From NCBI GenBank assembly GCA_033763415.1, contig JANRKP010000022.1, forward strand, positions 164,015 through 228,014: DNA of 64,000 bases. The letters are read 5' to 3'. The DNA comes from Candidatus Melainabacteria bacterium. Its GTDB lineage: Bacteria; Cyanobacteriota; Vampirovibrionia; Vampirovibrionales; JAJTHC01. Below, piece by piece: positions 38,054-46,990 of this stretch; the first letter of the stretch is position 1; every line of letters begins with the position of its first letter. The notes below the pieces were generated by a model, which made no database searches, was not told the DNA's origin, and worked only from the letters and a program-made list of their open reading frames with translations. The translations under genes and the position numbers were made by a program.

Positions 38054-38905
38054 CTAAGTGCCGTAACGTCGTTGGCGGGCGGCAAAGGTCAGCAAGGCCT
38101 GCTCCAGCTCGGCGGCACCAAAGTCTGGCCACAAAACGGGGGTGACGTACAGTTCCGTATAAGCGCACTGCCACAGTAAAAAGTTGCTCAATCGCTGCTC
38201 CCCACCCGATCGAATCAGTAGATCGGGGGCCGGTTGCTGCTGCGTGTACAGGTACTGATCAATGGTGTCTTCGTCAATCTCGTTGGGTTGTAGTTGTCCG
38301 GCTTTTACGGCCTGGGCGATTTGCCGGGCCGCCTGCACCAACTCCGCCCGGCTGCCATAGTTGGTGGCCACTTGCAGCAACAGTTGGTCGTTTTTCTCGG
38401 TGGTATGTTCTGCCAGGCGCAAAACCCCTTGCAGCGGGAGTGGCAGTGCTCGAAGATCCCCGATAAAGCGCAGTCGCACGCCTTGGGCGTTTAATTCGGG
38501 CAACTGGGCGGAAACTGCCTGGGCAAACAGCTTCATTAAAAAGCCCACCTCCGTGGCAGTGCGAGACCAGTTTTCGGTGGAAAAGGCGTATACCGTTAAA
38601 ATCCCAATGCCCACGTCTTTACAGTAACGCACCACCCGTTGGAGGCTTTCCACGCCCGCCTCGTGTCCGGCTGTGGCGGGCCGTTCGTGGATTTTGGCCC
38701 AACGTCGGTTGCCATCCATAATAATGGCCACGTGCTGTATTGACTGCTGCTTTACCAACTGAGCCATGGTCTCAAGCGATTCTTTGGACGCAACTTGCCG
38801 GTGCGGACCGGGTGCTGTTGCCGGTGCAGTCCAGGGGAGGCCCGGAGAAGCGGCCGTTGTGGTGGCTGAATGAGCGGCCGTGTAATGCGGAGGGGACGTA
38901 CTCAT
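38054..38905 (-). CDS. uppS: Undecaprenyl diphosphate synthase
   Basis: HVAIIMDGNRRWA, YAFSTENW, NYGSR, DLLIRSGGEQRLSNFLLWQ, RRYG. Confidence 0.97.
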   Translation of the reverse strand: MSTSPPHYTAAHSATTTAASPGLPWTAPATAPGPHRQVASKESLETMAQLVKQQSIQHVAIIMDGNRRWAKIHERPATAGHEAGVESLQRVVRYCKDVGIGILTVYAFSTENWSRTATEVGFLMKLFAQAVSAQLPELNAQGVRLRFIGDLRALPLPLQGVLRLAEHTTEKNDQLLLQVATNYGSRAELVQAARQIAQAVKAGQLQPNEIDEDTIDQYLYTQQQPAPDLLIRSGGEQRLSNFLLWQCAYTELYVTPVLWPDFGAAELEQALLTFAARQRRYGT

Positions 38906-39108
38906 AATCGTTTGTGGCTCTTGTGTTGGGCAACCGTTAAAGAGACAGGACGACAGAAGGCGATGGCGCGACAGTTGCATTTGGGAAAAATGGACAGACG
39001 GAGAAGGACGGAGTATGAGAACAATGGAAAGCTGGGCACGTGCTACCTTTGGGGGGTTGCCGTCACCCAGCTTCAGCTAAAAATATTTTTGGACTTCAAA
39101 AAATAGAC

Positions 39109-39921
39109 TTAGGAAACCAAACTGGTGACACGTACTGGCGCAATTGCTTGATGCTCTTGCAGTTGGGCCACCATATTTCCTAATACCTGCACCATGTCTT
39201 CCGTGCTGGAGAGCTTATTGACGCTCGAACCCACCCCAACGGCGGATGCACCAGCCTGGAACGCATCCATGACATTTTGAACAGTAATGCCACTGGCGGA
39301 CATGACCGGAATATGAACGGCAGCGGACAGAAGCCGGGTGTTATTGAACGTAACGGCTGCTTTTTGGTCTGCCGGTAATACCTGAATGCGGGGCTCGGAA
39401 GCCAGCATGCGAGAAGCGCCTTCCGTTTGAAGCAGATCCACGCCGAGCGTTTCAAGGGCTTGGGCCAAGCGTTCTTGGCTGTGGGCGGAAAGGTGTCCCG
39501 GGACTGTAACACAGACGAAGGCGCGAGGCGTGTTGGTTTCCTGGGCAATGGCATCCAAACGGCGCAGCGTCTCGCGTGTAATGCGAAGGACATCATCTGG
39601 GGTTAAAAACAAACCTTCTTCGTAGAGGGCGTCGTAGTTGCCCAGTTCTACGGCGTCTGCGCCAGCACGAATGGCCTGCTCCAACGCTTCAGGGCGAATG
39701 CTGGAGGCAAACACCAACCGATCCGTCATAGGACGAATGGCGGCAATCACATCCGGGCATGCGGCTACATCAACCGCACTGGTGCCAGCAACGCGGGTGG
39801 CGGCGTTAACAACCCGAACAATGGAAGCTTCATCAAAATTGCTAATGCCTGCAATGACCTTGAGCGCATTGCGCTGCTGCAAGGATTTTTGGAAGGCTTG
39901 AATACGAAGGGTCTGATTCAT
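39109..39921 (-). CDS. Ycf23 / DUF561 family TIM-barrel protein
   Basis: LKVIAGISNFD, ELGNYD, VTVPG, LQTEG, SASGI, GVGSSVN. Confidence 0.88.
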   Translation of the reverse strand: MNQTLRIQAFQKSLQQRNALKVIAGISNFDEASIVRVVNAATRVAGTSAVDVAACPDVIAAIRPMTDRLVFASSIRPEALEQAIRAGADAVELGNYDALYEEGLFLTPDDVLRITRETLRRLDAIAQETNTPRAFVCVTVPGHLSAHSQERLAQALETLGVDLLQTEGASRMLASEPRIQVLPADQKAAVTFNNTRLLSAAVHIPVMSASGITVQNVMDAFQAGASAVGVGSSVNKLSSTEDMVQVLGNMVAQLQEHQAIAPVRVTSLVS

Positions 39922-40172
39922 GGGGTGGGGGTCCCTTGCCAATGGCCCAGGGCGGGCCGTGGATACTAACGAAAAGGCGCTTTGGCGTGAATGCCAAAGG
40001 AAACTACTGACAAACCGCAGCGCTCCCAAAAAGAGGAATTGTCTTGGCAATACATTCTTTTCAGGGGGACGCGTTTGCCACAGTCTTCCACACAGTATAG
40101 CCACGCCATCGAATAATGCAACCGTTGTTTTAAAATTCTTTTAGCAGTTTATTGGAAACGGCGGCAATACGC

Positions 40173-40985
40173 CTAGCTGGCTCGAATCAACCCCAATTGC
40201 TTGCTGTTGGTAAGAAGCTGGCGGTAGCGGCTGTAGATTAAAAAATGGTAGTAACTGCGCGCCATGGCCATGGTCAGTCCTTCGGCACCATCCAACAGGC
40301 CGAGGTGGCCCACATAGTACTTTAAAAAAGCCCAGGTGGGCTGTATTAACAGGTTGGGTACACTGGCCTTGAGGCTTGAAGGGCGTTTATTTTCCAGCAA
40401 AGCGTAGGCTGCCCACTGTGCCCGCTGGCTTACTTGGCGAAACAGTTCTTCCACGCTTCTAAAGGGTTCCGATTGTAGCGCTTGCTCTAGTGCCAGCATC
40501 GGCCCTGGCACCCATGGATTGGCAAAAGGACTGTGGTCCGGTAGCTTGACCTTGGAGCGTCTGACCAGTCGTAGCTCTGCCGCGCGGCGTTCTGCCCCCC
40601 ACTGCAACCACCGTTGCTGATAGTACATTTGAATGGGAATGAGAAAGCCATCGTACAGTTGGGTATTGCCTTTGCTATTGACTAAAATGCCTTCAATGCA
40701 ATGACATAGCATGTCTTCTACCCACTCGTGTGGCTCAATAAACAGTATCCAGTCGCCTTTGGCAACCGAGACCCCGTAGCGACGCAGCACGGCCAGGTTT
40801 GGATGATTGAGGTAGTACACTTGCTGGGTGTGTCGTCGGGCAATGGCCAGGCTGCCATCGGTACTACCGCCATCGATTACAATAATTTCGTCGGCCCATC
40901 GAACGGACTCCAACGCACGATCCAGCAGGCGGCTATGGTTTTGCGTGACCATGACCACGGAAAGGCTTTGGGATTTATGGTTCAT
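40173..40985 (-). CDS. GT2 glycosyltransferase (LPS beta-1,4-glucosyltransferase-like)
   Basis: WADEIIVIDGGSTD, GDWIL, GLLDGAEG; the DxD motif appears degenerate (EPHE). Confidence 0.8.
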   Translation of the reverse strand: MNHKSQSLSVVMVTQNHSRLLDRALESVRWADEIIVIDGGSTDGSLAIARRHTQQVYYLNHPNLAVLRRYGVSVAKGDWILFIEPHEWVEDMLCHCIEGILVNSKGNTQLYDGFLIPIQMYYQQRWLQWGAERRAAELRLVRRSKVKLPDHSPFANPWVPGPMLALEQALQSEPFRSVEELFRQVSQRAQWAAYALLENKRPSSLKASVPNLLIQPTWAFLKYYVGHLGLLDGAEGLTMAMARSYYHFLIYSRYRQLLTNSKQLGLIRAS

Positions 40986-41102
40986 CACGAGTGTTGGGGT
41001 CTCCTGCAAAGGCTGTTGGAAGGCCCGTTGAAAAGGCCATTGGCCTGCGAGCAGTGCCAGACGGTTTATTTTTTTAATAATTGTAACGTTTTTGTATTCA
41101 AG

Positions 41103-41180
41103 CGCCAAGCCTCCGCGCCAAGTTTATGGTCTAAGTTTGCGGTCCAAGCCTGTCTGCCCAGTCTACCTGCCAAGTCTACG
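41103..41180. repeat. Degenerate 13-bp tandem repeat x6
   Basis: cgccaagcctccg/cgccaagtttatg/gtctaagtttgcg/gtccaagcctgtc/tgcccagtctacc/tgccaagtctacg. Confidence 0.75.
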
Positions 41181-41377
41181 CTGACTCAGCTCGAGCACCC
41201 CAAGTCTGTCTCTGTCGCCTTCCTGGTGGCGCTATCTCTTTCGCTTGCCGTATTGGGCACATTCGGGTCTTTTTTTGGGCGTTCTCGCAGTAAAATACAC
41301 CTGAGATTGCCTTGAGTGAAGACGTTCGTCGGCCTTTCCTCAAGGGTTGTATTTCGGTAAATATGGACACATTGCAA

Positions 41378-42133
41378 ATGGCAGGACATTCCAAATGGGC
41401 GCAAATTAAGCGCACCAAAGCGGTCAAAGATGCGAAGCGTGGCGCCAACTTTGCCAAAATGGCCAAAGATATTATGGTGGCCACGCGACTGGGCGGCCCG
41501 GATCCGGCGGGCAATTTTCGTTTGAGAACCGCCATTGACAAAGCCAAAGCCGACGGCATGCCCAATGACAACATACAGCGGGCCATTGATAAAGGCGCCG
41601 GAGTGGGCGAGGCGGATAACCAGGAAGCCGTGACGTACGAGGGCTACGGGCCTGGCGGCGTGGCTATTTTAATTGAAACCCTAACCGAGAATCGGCATCG
41701 AACGGCGGGGGATATTCGGAGTTATTTCAACAAATATCAGGGTAATTTGGGCACAGATGGTTGCGTGTCCTGGATTTTTCAAGAACGGGGCGTTATTCGC
41801 ATTGGCAAGCAAGAGATGGACGAGGAAAGTCTTCTGGAATTGGCCCTGGAAGCCGGTGCGGAGGATATGATGGCCGAAGATGACACCGATTTTGAGATCC
41901 TGACGACGCCAGAGCAGTTGGATGCCGTCTGTCGCGTGCTCGGGGAGCGGGGGCTTCACATTGTCTCTGCCGAAGCGTCTCGCGTTCCGCAAAATGCGGT
42001 CCATATCGCCGACCCTGTGCAAGCCAAACCGCTTTTAAAGCTGCTAGAAACCCTGGAAAACCACGACGATGTGCAGGCCGTTTATGCCAACCTGGAACTG
42101 GCAGACAGTGTGCTGAGCGTGTTAACCACGTAG
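41378..42133 (+). CDS. yebC: YebC/PmpR family protein
   Basis: MAGHSKWAQIK, YEGYGPGG, TENRHRT, DDVQAVYAN. Confidence 0.97.
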   Translation: MAGHSKWAQIKRTKAVKDAKRGANFAKMAKDIMVATRLGGPDPAGNFRLRTAIDKAKADGMPNDNIQRAIDKGAGVGEADNQEAVTYEGYGPGGVAILIETLTENRHRTAGDIRSYFNKYQGNLGTDGCVSWIFQERGVIRIGKQEMDEESLLELALEAGAEDMMAEDDTDFEILTTPEQLDAVCRVLGERGLHIVSAEASRVPQNAVHIADPVQAKPLLKLLETLENHDDVQAVYANLELADSVLSVLTT

Positions 42134-42147
42134 GCCTTTGTGTCTTG

Positions 42148-42188
42148 AAAATAGCCCCGTTTGTTATCTCGGCAAACGGGGCTATTTT
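42148..42188. terminator. Bidirectional intrinsic terminator
   Basis: AAAATAGCCCCGTTTG-N9-CAAACGGGGCTATTTT between convergent genes. Confidence 0.85.
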
Positions 42189-42240
42189 ATGGTGGGCTGT
42201 AAGGGGAACGGGGTGGATGGAGGCACGGAGTGCGCACCGT

Positions 42241-43260
42241 TTATTCTGGCGTAGTGGTGGGCTTTGGGGCATTTTCCTCTGCCACCGCAAAAGGATTTTT
42301 GCCCGATGTCGCATTAAAGTCTGCACCCACCGTCAGGATTCGGGCTGCTTGGGTTTGGAGCCAACCTTGGAGACTACCATCATTAAAAAGCGCAACGTTC
42401 GGTGGCGTGTCCATCTCTTTGTAGACGGCAAGCAGGTCTGTATCCAAAGTGGGTTTGGCTCCAATTAAGCGCAATGCGGCCATGGTTGCCAGATCCCGGT
42501 TACCCCAAGCTGCAGAAAAGGGCGTTTCGGGTGCGGATTCTTCCCCAAAGTGAATCTTTTCGTTTACATCTACCCGTTCCGAAGCGGGTAGAAATCGGTT
42601 GACCACGCCCAGTACCAGTGTTGCCAGGGGGCGATCTTCAATATGGGCTAGCAGTTGAAATACATTGTTTTCAACGGTGTGGGGTGGCGTTTCATCGTCC
42701 AACTCGGTTACCGAGCGTGCTTCTTTGAGGGAGGCCCCTTCTTTAATCAGCTTCAGCACACCGGGCAAAGGCATGTTGGCCATAAGCGCATCTACCAATG
42801 GCGGCTCGCCGTAGCCGTCTTTTTCGTTCAGCCATTGTTTATAAACGGTGGGGTTCTCTGCCTCGGCTTTGGCCGTGTCCAAAACAAACCGAATCATCGC
42901 TTTTGTGTTTCGACCCTTGGGATCGGTGTCTATTTCCAAGCGATTAATGGCTTCTCCCAAGGCGTGGGTCTCGTCGCCATCATGGTCTTTCAGTTTTAAC
43001 ACACTGGCGCCGTCTGTAACGGCTTGTTGGGCTGCGGGTAGATTGAGGTCTAAAATGGCCTGGAACAAGCGTTGCCCGGGGGTGGGATTTTCTGGCATTG
43101 GGGTGGGTTCAGCAAAATCCACTTGGCCTCGGAAACTGACTGTATCGCCAACAAAGGGGGCTTTCTGGCGTGTTGTATCAACAGCAGGAGCGGTGAGAGA
43201 AGAGGCGGTGGTGTGGGCTTGCGTGCTTGCAACGGCACTAGCCCGGAGTGTCAACATCAT
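42241..43260 (-). CDS. Ankyrin-repeat-like protein with S/T/A-rich leader (DTVSFRG)
   Basis: NEKDGYGEPPLVDA..LIKEGAS and ETPFSAA ankyrin-like units; AAGGA RBS. Confidence 0.65.
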   Translation of the reverse strand: MMLTLRASAVASTQAHTTASSLTAPAVDTTRQKAPFVGDTVSFRGQVDFAEPTPMPENPTPGQRLFQAILDLNLPAAQQAVTDGASVLKLKDHDGDETHALGEAINRLEIDTDPKGRNTKAMIRFVLDTAKAEAENPTVYKQWLNEKDGYGEPPLVDALMANMPLPGVLKLIKEGASLKEARSVTELDDETPPHTVENNVFQLLAHIEDRPLATLVLGVVNRFLPASERVDVNEKIHFGEESAPETPFSAAWGNRDLATMAALRLIGAKPTLDTDLLAVYKEMDTPPNVALFNDGSLQGWLQTQAARILTVGADFNATSGKNPFAVAEENAPKPTTTPE

Positions 43261-43343
43261 TGATTTTGCAGTCCTTTCCCAACGGAGTAATTGCCAGTAT
43301 GAGCGGCTGATTCAAGCACGCATTACTGACCATGACACCTGTC

Positions 43344-43388
43344 AGCGTAATCAAAACACGGTAACGATGTATGACAATTAAATGACAG
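43344..43388 (-). promoter_or_regulatory. Pho-box-like OmpR/PhoB-family direct repeats with -10
   Basis: CTGTCAT-ttaa-TTGTCAT-acat-CGTTACC (11-bp period), then 10 nt, then TACGCT. Confidence 0.5.
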
Positions 43389-43407
43389 GCATCCGGGATG
43401 ATGAGCC

Positions 43408-44427
43408 TTAGGGGACCTGGTTGCGTGGGGTCTGGCCTTGCAGAGCGGCCAACAGATTTTCTAGGGTTCGATCCCCCATGTGTTGGCGTGTTTCGTAGGT
43501 GGCGCTGCCAATATGGGCGGTCAATACCACGTTGTCCAGCCCCAGTAGGCCAGGGTGAATTGCGGGCTCTTCCTCAAACACGTCCAGTCCGGCACCGGCC
43601 AGGTGGCCGGTGGTGAGCGCTTCTACCAGGGCGTTTTCTTCCACCACCGGGCCTCGGCTGGTGTTAATTAAAATGCTACCCGGCTTCATCTGCCGCAGGC
43701 GGTCTCGGTTTAGCAAATAGCGGGTTTCTGCGGTCAGCGGGGTGTGGATGGACACCACATCGCTTTGGGCCAGTAAGCTGGTTAACGAGCAATACCGAGC
43801 GTTGAGCGCCTGCTCGGTGGAGGCACTGAGCTGTTGACGGTTGTAATACATGACGGGCATGTCAAACCCAAAGGCTCGTTTGGCTACCCGTTGGCCAATA
43901 TCCCCCATACCGATAAGGCCCAGGGTTTTTCCGGCTAGTTCCATGCCCAGGTGCAAAGTGGGTTGCCAGCCACTAAATGCACCGGCGCGCACACATTGGT
44001 CCGAGTATACGACCCGGCGGCTGACGCTTAAAATGAGGGCCCAGGTTAAATCTGCCGTGGCGTTGCCCAAAATGCCTGGCGTATTGGTTACCACAATGCC
44101 GCGAGCCCGTGTCGCCTCCAGATCAAGATGATCCGTACCGGCGCCATAGCTGGCCACAACCCGGAGGTTGGGGAGTTGTGCCAAAACCTCGGCAGTAATG
44201 CGGTGCTGAATGGTGCAAACCAGCCCAACGAGGTTGCTTCGTACGGATTCCGGTACGTGCGAAAGCTGCGCCACCGACTCAATGGAGACCCACTCAACCA
44301 GCCCGAAATTGGCAGAAACTTCCTTGGGAAGGGTTGCACTGGTTGGAAAGGTGCCAATTTTTAAAACGAGCCAAGGGGTTGGTTGACGCATTGCCATACC
44401 ATTACAAACAGTTTCCCAAAAGGGCAT
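43408..44427 (-). CDS. D-2-hydroxyacid dehydrogenase (glyoxylate reductase-like)
   Basis: VTNTPG, GMGDIG, INTSRG, AGLDVFEEEP, HIGSAT. Confidence 0.93.
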   Translation of the reverse strand: MPFWETVCNGMAMRQPTPWLVLKIGTFPTSATLPKEVSANFGLVEWVSIESVAQLSHVPESVRSNLVGLVCTIQHRITAEVLAQLPNLRVVASYGAGTDHLDLEATRARGIVVTNTPGILGNATADLTWALILSVSRRVVYSDQCVRAGAFSGWQPTLHLGMELAGKTLGLIGMGDIGQRVAKRAFGFDMPVMYYNRQQLSASTEQALNARYCSLTSLLAQSDVVSIHTPLTAETRYLLNRDRLRQMKPGSILINTSRGPVVEENALVEALTTGHLAGAGLDVFEEEPAIHPGLLGLDNVVLTAHIGSATYETRQHMGDRTLENLLAALQGQTPRNQVP

Positions 44428-44505
44428 CTCTTCCGCGCGCGAGAGAGAGGGGGGGAGATAATTGAGGCGGTGAAGTGTGTGTTCGCCAGTAAAACTTAAT
44501 GGGCG

Positions 44506-45093
44506 TTATACGGCAGAAAGTACCCGAGTGGCGCCTGAGGCGTTAAACGCACTGGTACTGGTCAACGGAGTGGCTTCCGTAAGCTCAACCACGGTTTGAC
44601 CACCACCGAGTTCGTCTAGTAAAAACGAGACGATCCATTGAAGAGAAGCGTGTGTTGCCTGATGTGCTTTGAAAAAGGTTTCCAGGTCCGGCAACACCAC
44701 ATCGCCCATCCGAATGAGCACCATCACGCACAGAGAGACGGAAGCGGTGGCTTCGCTTAACAGACCTTGCAAGAGGTTGGGCAAAATAGTGGGTCCGGCT
44801 TGTACCAGCAGGTTTTCAATCACCTGTAGTTGTTCCCGGTCTGCGTGTGCTGCCAACTGAAGCAGAAGGGGAGTTACGGCCTCCCAGCCAAAACTGGCGG
44901 CCAAGTCTGCGGCAATCAGCGGCGCCTGCGTCGTTGGCAGGTCGTGGGCATTGTGGCGATCGGCCGGTACCAGCGTGAGCCGGGCGGGTTCAGGTGTCCA
45001 TTCGGTAGCGGCAGAAGCCGAACGCTTACCGCGAGACAGCAGACGCTCTAGGCTGGTGGGCATGGGAATGGGTAAAACTTCGGCGGCAGTCAT
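44506..45093 (-). CDS. Hypothetical helical (HEAT-like) protein
   Basis: 195-aa ORF; G..AV.PLL, G..ILP.L and G..VLP.L helical repeats. Confidence 0.55.
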   Translation of the reverse strand: MTAAEVLPIPMPTSLERLLSRGKRSASAATEWTPEPARLTLVPADRHNAHDLPTTQAPLIAADLAASFGWEAVTPLLLQLAAHADREQLQVIENLLVQAGPTILPNLLQGLLSEATASVSLCVMVLIRMGDVVLPDLETFFKAHQATHASLQWIVSFLLDELGGGQTVVELTEATPLTSTSAFNASGATRVLSAV

Positions 45094-45585
45094 TGGTTTT
45101 AGAGTGCTTCTTTAAATCGATGCTAAAGGTGGAGGTTGCTAAAAGCGGCGTAACGGGTCGAATGCGAAACAAACAAATGAATGAGTTAGGAGTGACGCAA
45201 TCGGACCTCAAGGAATTAAGGTTCTCATTATTTATAGCAAGCCATCCTGCGAAACACCAAGGGGAGGTCTGCCCTAAAGAGGAAGGATGCCCGTGAGAAC
45301 GACTGTCATTTTTTAACATACGGGGCGAGCCCCACCTGGAGTTACAAGCGTTTGCGCGATGAGAAAAACACGGGAAACCGCCCCAAAAATCTTTCTGGCT
45401 TGGCATCTTCCGTATCTTTTATCAAAAAAAGGCCTGCTTTTCCAATCATTTTTCCGCTCCGGCCTGTACCCGAGAAGGCCGGATGCCGGTGGTAGATACT
45501 TACGCATTTTTAACAGGCTCTTTATTCAAAATTTACATGTTCTTAATCTGGTAATGACGCGTTTGAGTCGCGGGGCTCCTCCACT

Positions 45586-46680
45586 TTAAGGAGCGGCGTC
45601 TTGTCGAATCGTCAACGCGAGGGGTCGCGGTAAATGAGGGAGGTTCAGCACCTGCCGGAGCCAGTGGGTTGCGCTGCTCTGGTACAACGCCAGTTCTAAA
45701 TAGCCGTTACTGCCCGCAACCAACAGGAGCGGCGACGGCGGGTTAGCCTGTGGGTCGGGACCCACTGTGTTTGGAACCTGTGTGAGCGCCTGGTAGTAAG
45801 AGGCGGCTTTGTATCCTGGCCAGCAAGCACCGGGCGTTGTACCTATTTGTAGTTGGATTGGCCTGAAATCACCGTCGATCCAGTGGTTGGGAATGTTCGT
45901 CAGCAGGTTTCCAAATCGATCGCTGTAGAGCCCATGCCCTTGAATGCCCTGGGCCGTTTGTTGGGCCAACAGCCGGGCGGTTTGCTTGGGTTGGGGGTGG
46001 GGCGTGCCCAGTTGGCGGAGGAAGTCTTTGAGTTGTTTGGGGGAGTGGCACAGGGAAGGATTTTGGTTGAGGGCGTTAATCCAGTGCGCTGCCACAGGGG
46101 CGTAGAGGTCTCGACCGTAAAAGGTGTGGCTTGGCAGTGCGGCTAACGCGGGTTGGGTCAAAGACGTCGTGCGGTGGGTGGATTCATCATCATCAATACG
46201 GAGAGGGGGAGTCAGGCGAATGCAGTGCGGTGTGTTGTTTTGAGGCTCTTCTTCTGGCAGATGTTGCAGGCTCCAATCCTGCTGAAACGCTGCGTGCTGA
46301 AGCACGGGGCTGAGCAGTCCGTTATCGGGCGCCAGGAAAATGCATTGGCGTTGGGGCCAAACCACGCACAGGCTGTTTTGTTCGGGTTGTCCCACGTGGG
46401 GGTCTACCACGCACACGCAAACCGTCAACGGCGGAAGATAGTCGAGCACGTTGTTCAACAGCCAGCTTCCGGCTGCAATGTCGTGCGGCGGAACCTCGTG
46501 GCCAATATCCAGCCAATGCAGCGGCAGCGTATTGCTAAATGACAGACAGGAAAGCAATGCCGCTTTCATCGTGCCTACGTAGCCGTCCTGCGTGCCAAAA
46601 TCCGTTAATAAGCCAACGGTCAGGCCCGGGGTGTAATGGGCAGGCGGCTTTTGGTTTGCTACGGGTGGCGGTGGGTGCAT
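45586..46680 (-). CDS. DUF62 SAM hydrolase / SAM-dependent halogenase family protein
   Basis: LTDFG..DGY, VVDPHVG, APDNGLL, TFYGRD, DRFGN..TN, GSNGYLEL. Confidence 0.9.
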   Translation of the reverse strand: MHPPPPVANQKPPAHYTPGLTVGLLTDFGTQDGYVGTMKAALLSCLSFSNTLPLHWLDIGHEVPPHDIAAGSWLLNNVLDYLPPLTVCVCVVDPHVGQPEQNSLCVVWPQRQCIFLAPDNGLLSPVLQHAAFQQDWSLQHLPEEEPQNNTPHCIRLTPPLRIDDDESTHRTTSLTQPALAALPSHTFYGRDLYAPVAAHWINALNQNPSLCHSPKQLKDFLRQLGTPHPQPKQTARLLAQQTAQGIQGHGLYSDRFGNLLTNIPNHWIDGDFRPIQLQIGTTPGACWPGYKAASYYQALTQVPNTVGPDPQANPPSPLLLVAGSNGYLELALYQSSATHWLRQVLNLPHLPRPLALTIRQDAAP

Positions 46681-46990
46681 GGTGGCACTAAAACCCCTGA
46701 GTAAACTGGCGCTAATAACATCAACTCACATCAACCATTCAGCAATGAATGACGAAGGGCTTGGGGTGGCGTACAATAAAGCGGTTTGGTTTCGCTTAGG
46801 TTCCTCCCTCCCCCCCTGGAGGCATAATATATTGAGAGATCGCCTATTGGGCGAGATCATTCTATTGTGTCTTAAGGCTATTGTGTCTTGAGGTGCCCCC
46901 TCGTCAGTCCAGATGACGACCCTGTTGTTTGGGGTGTGTATTGGGGGGCCGGAGGCAGAAAAGCGAGGAAGTGTTGAGTCGCCCACGTTA

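Noticed and set aside
41103-41180. CRISPR array interpretation of the intergenic repeats (also 55841-55908)
   Set aside because: Units are 13-18 bp and contiguous, with no unique spacers and no cas genes.
44434-44458. GC/GA/poly-G microsatellite (also poly-C near 5228) as a phase-variation site
   Set aside because: Tracts are only about 7-8 nt and lie upstream of housekeeping genes; there is no evidence of variation.
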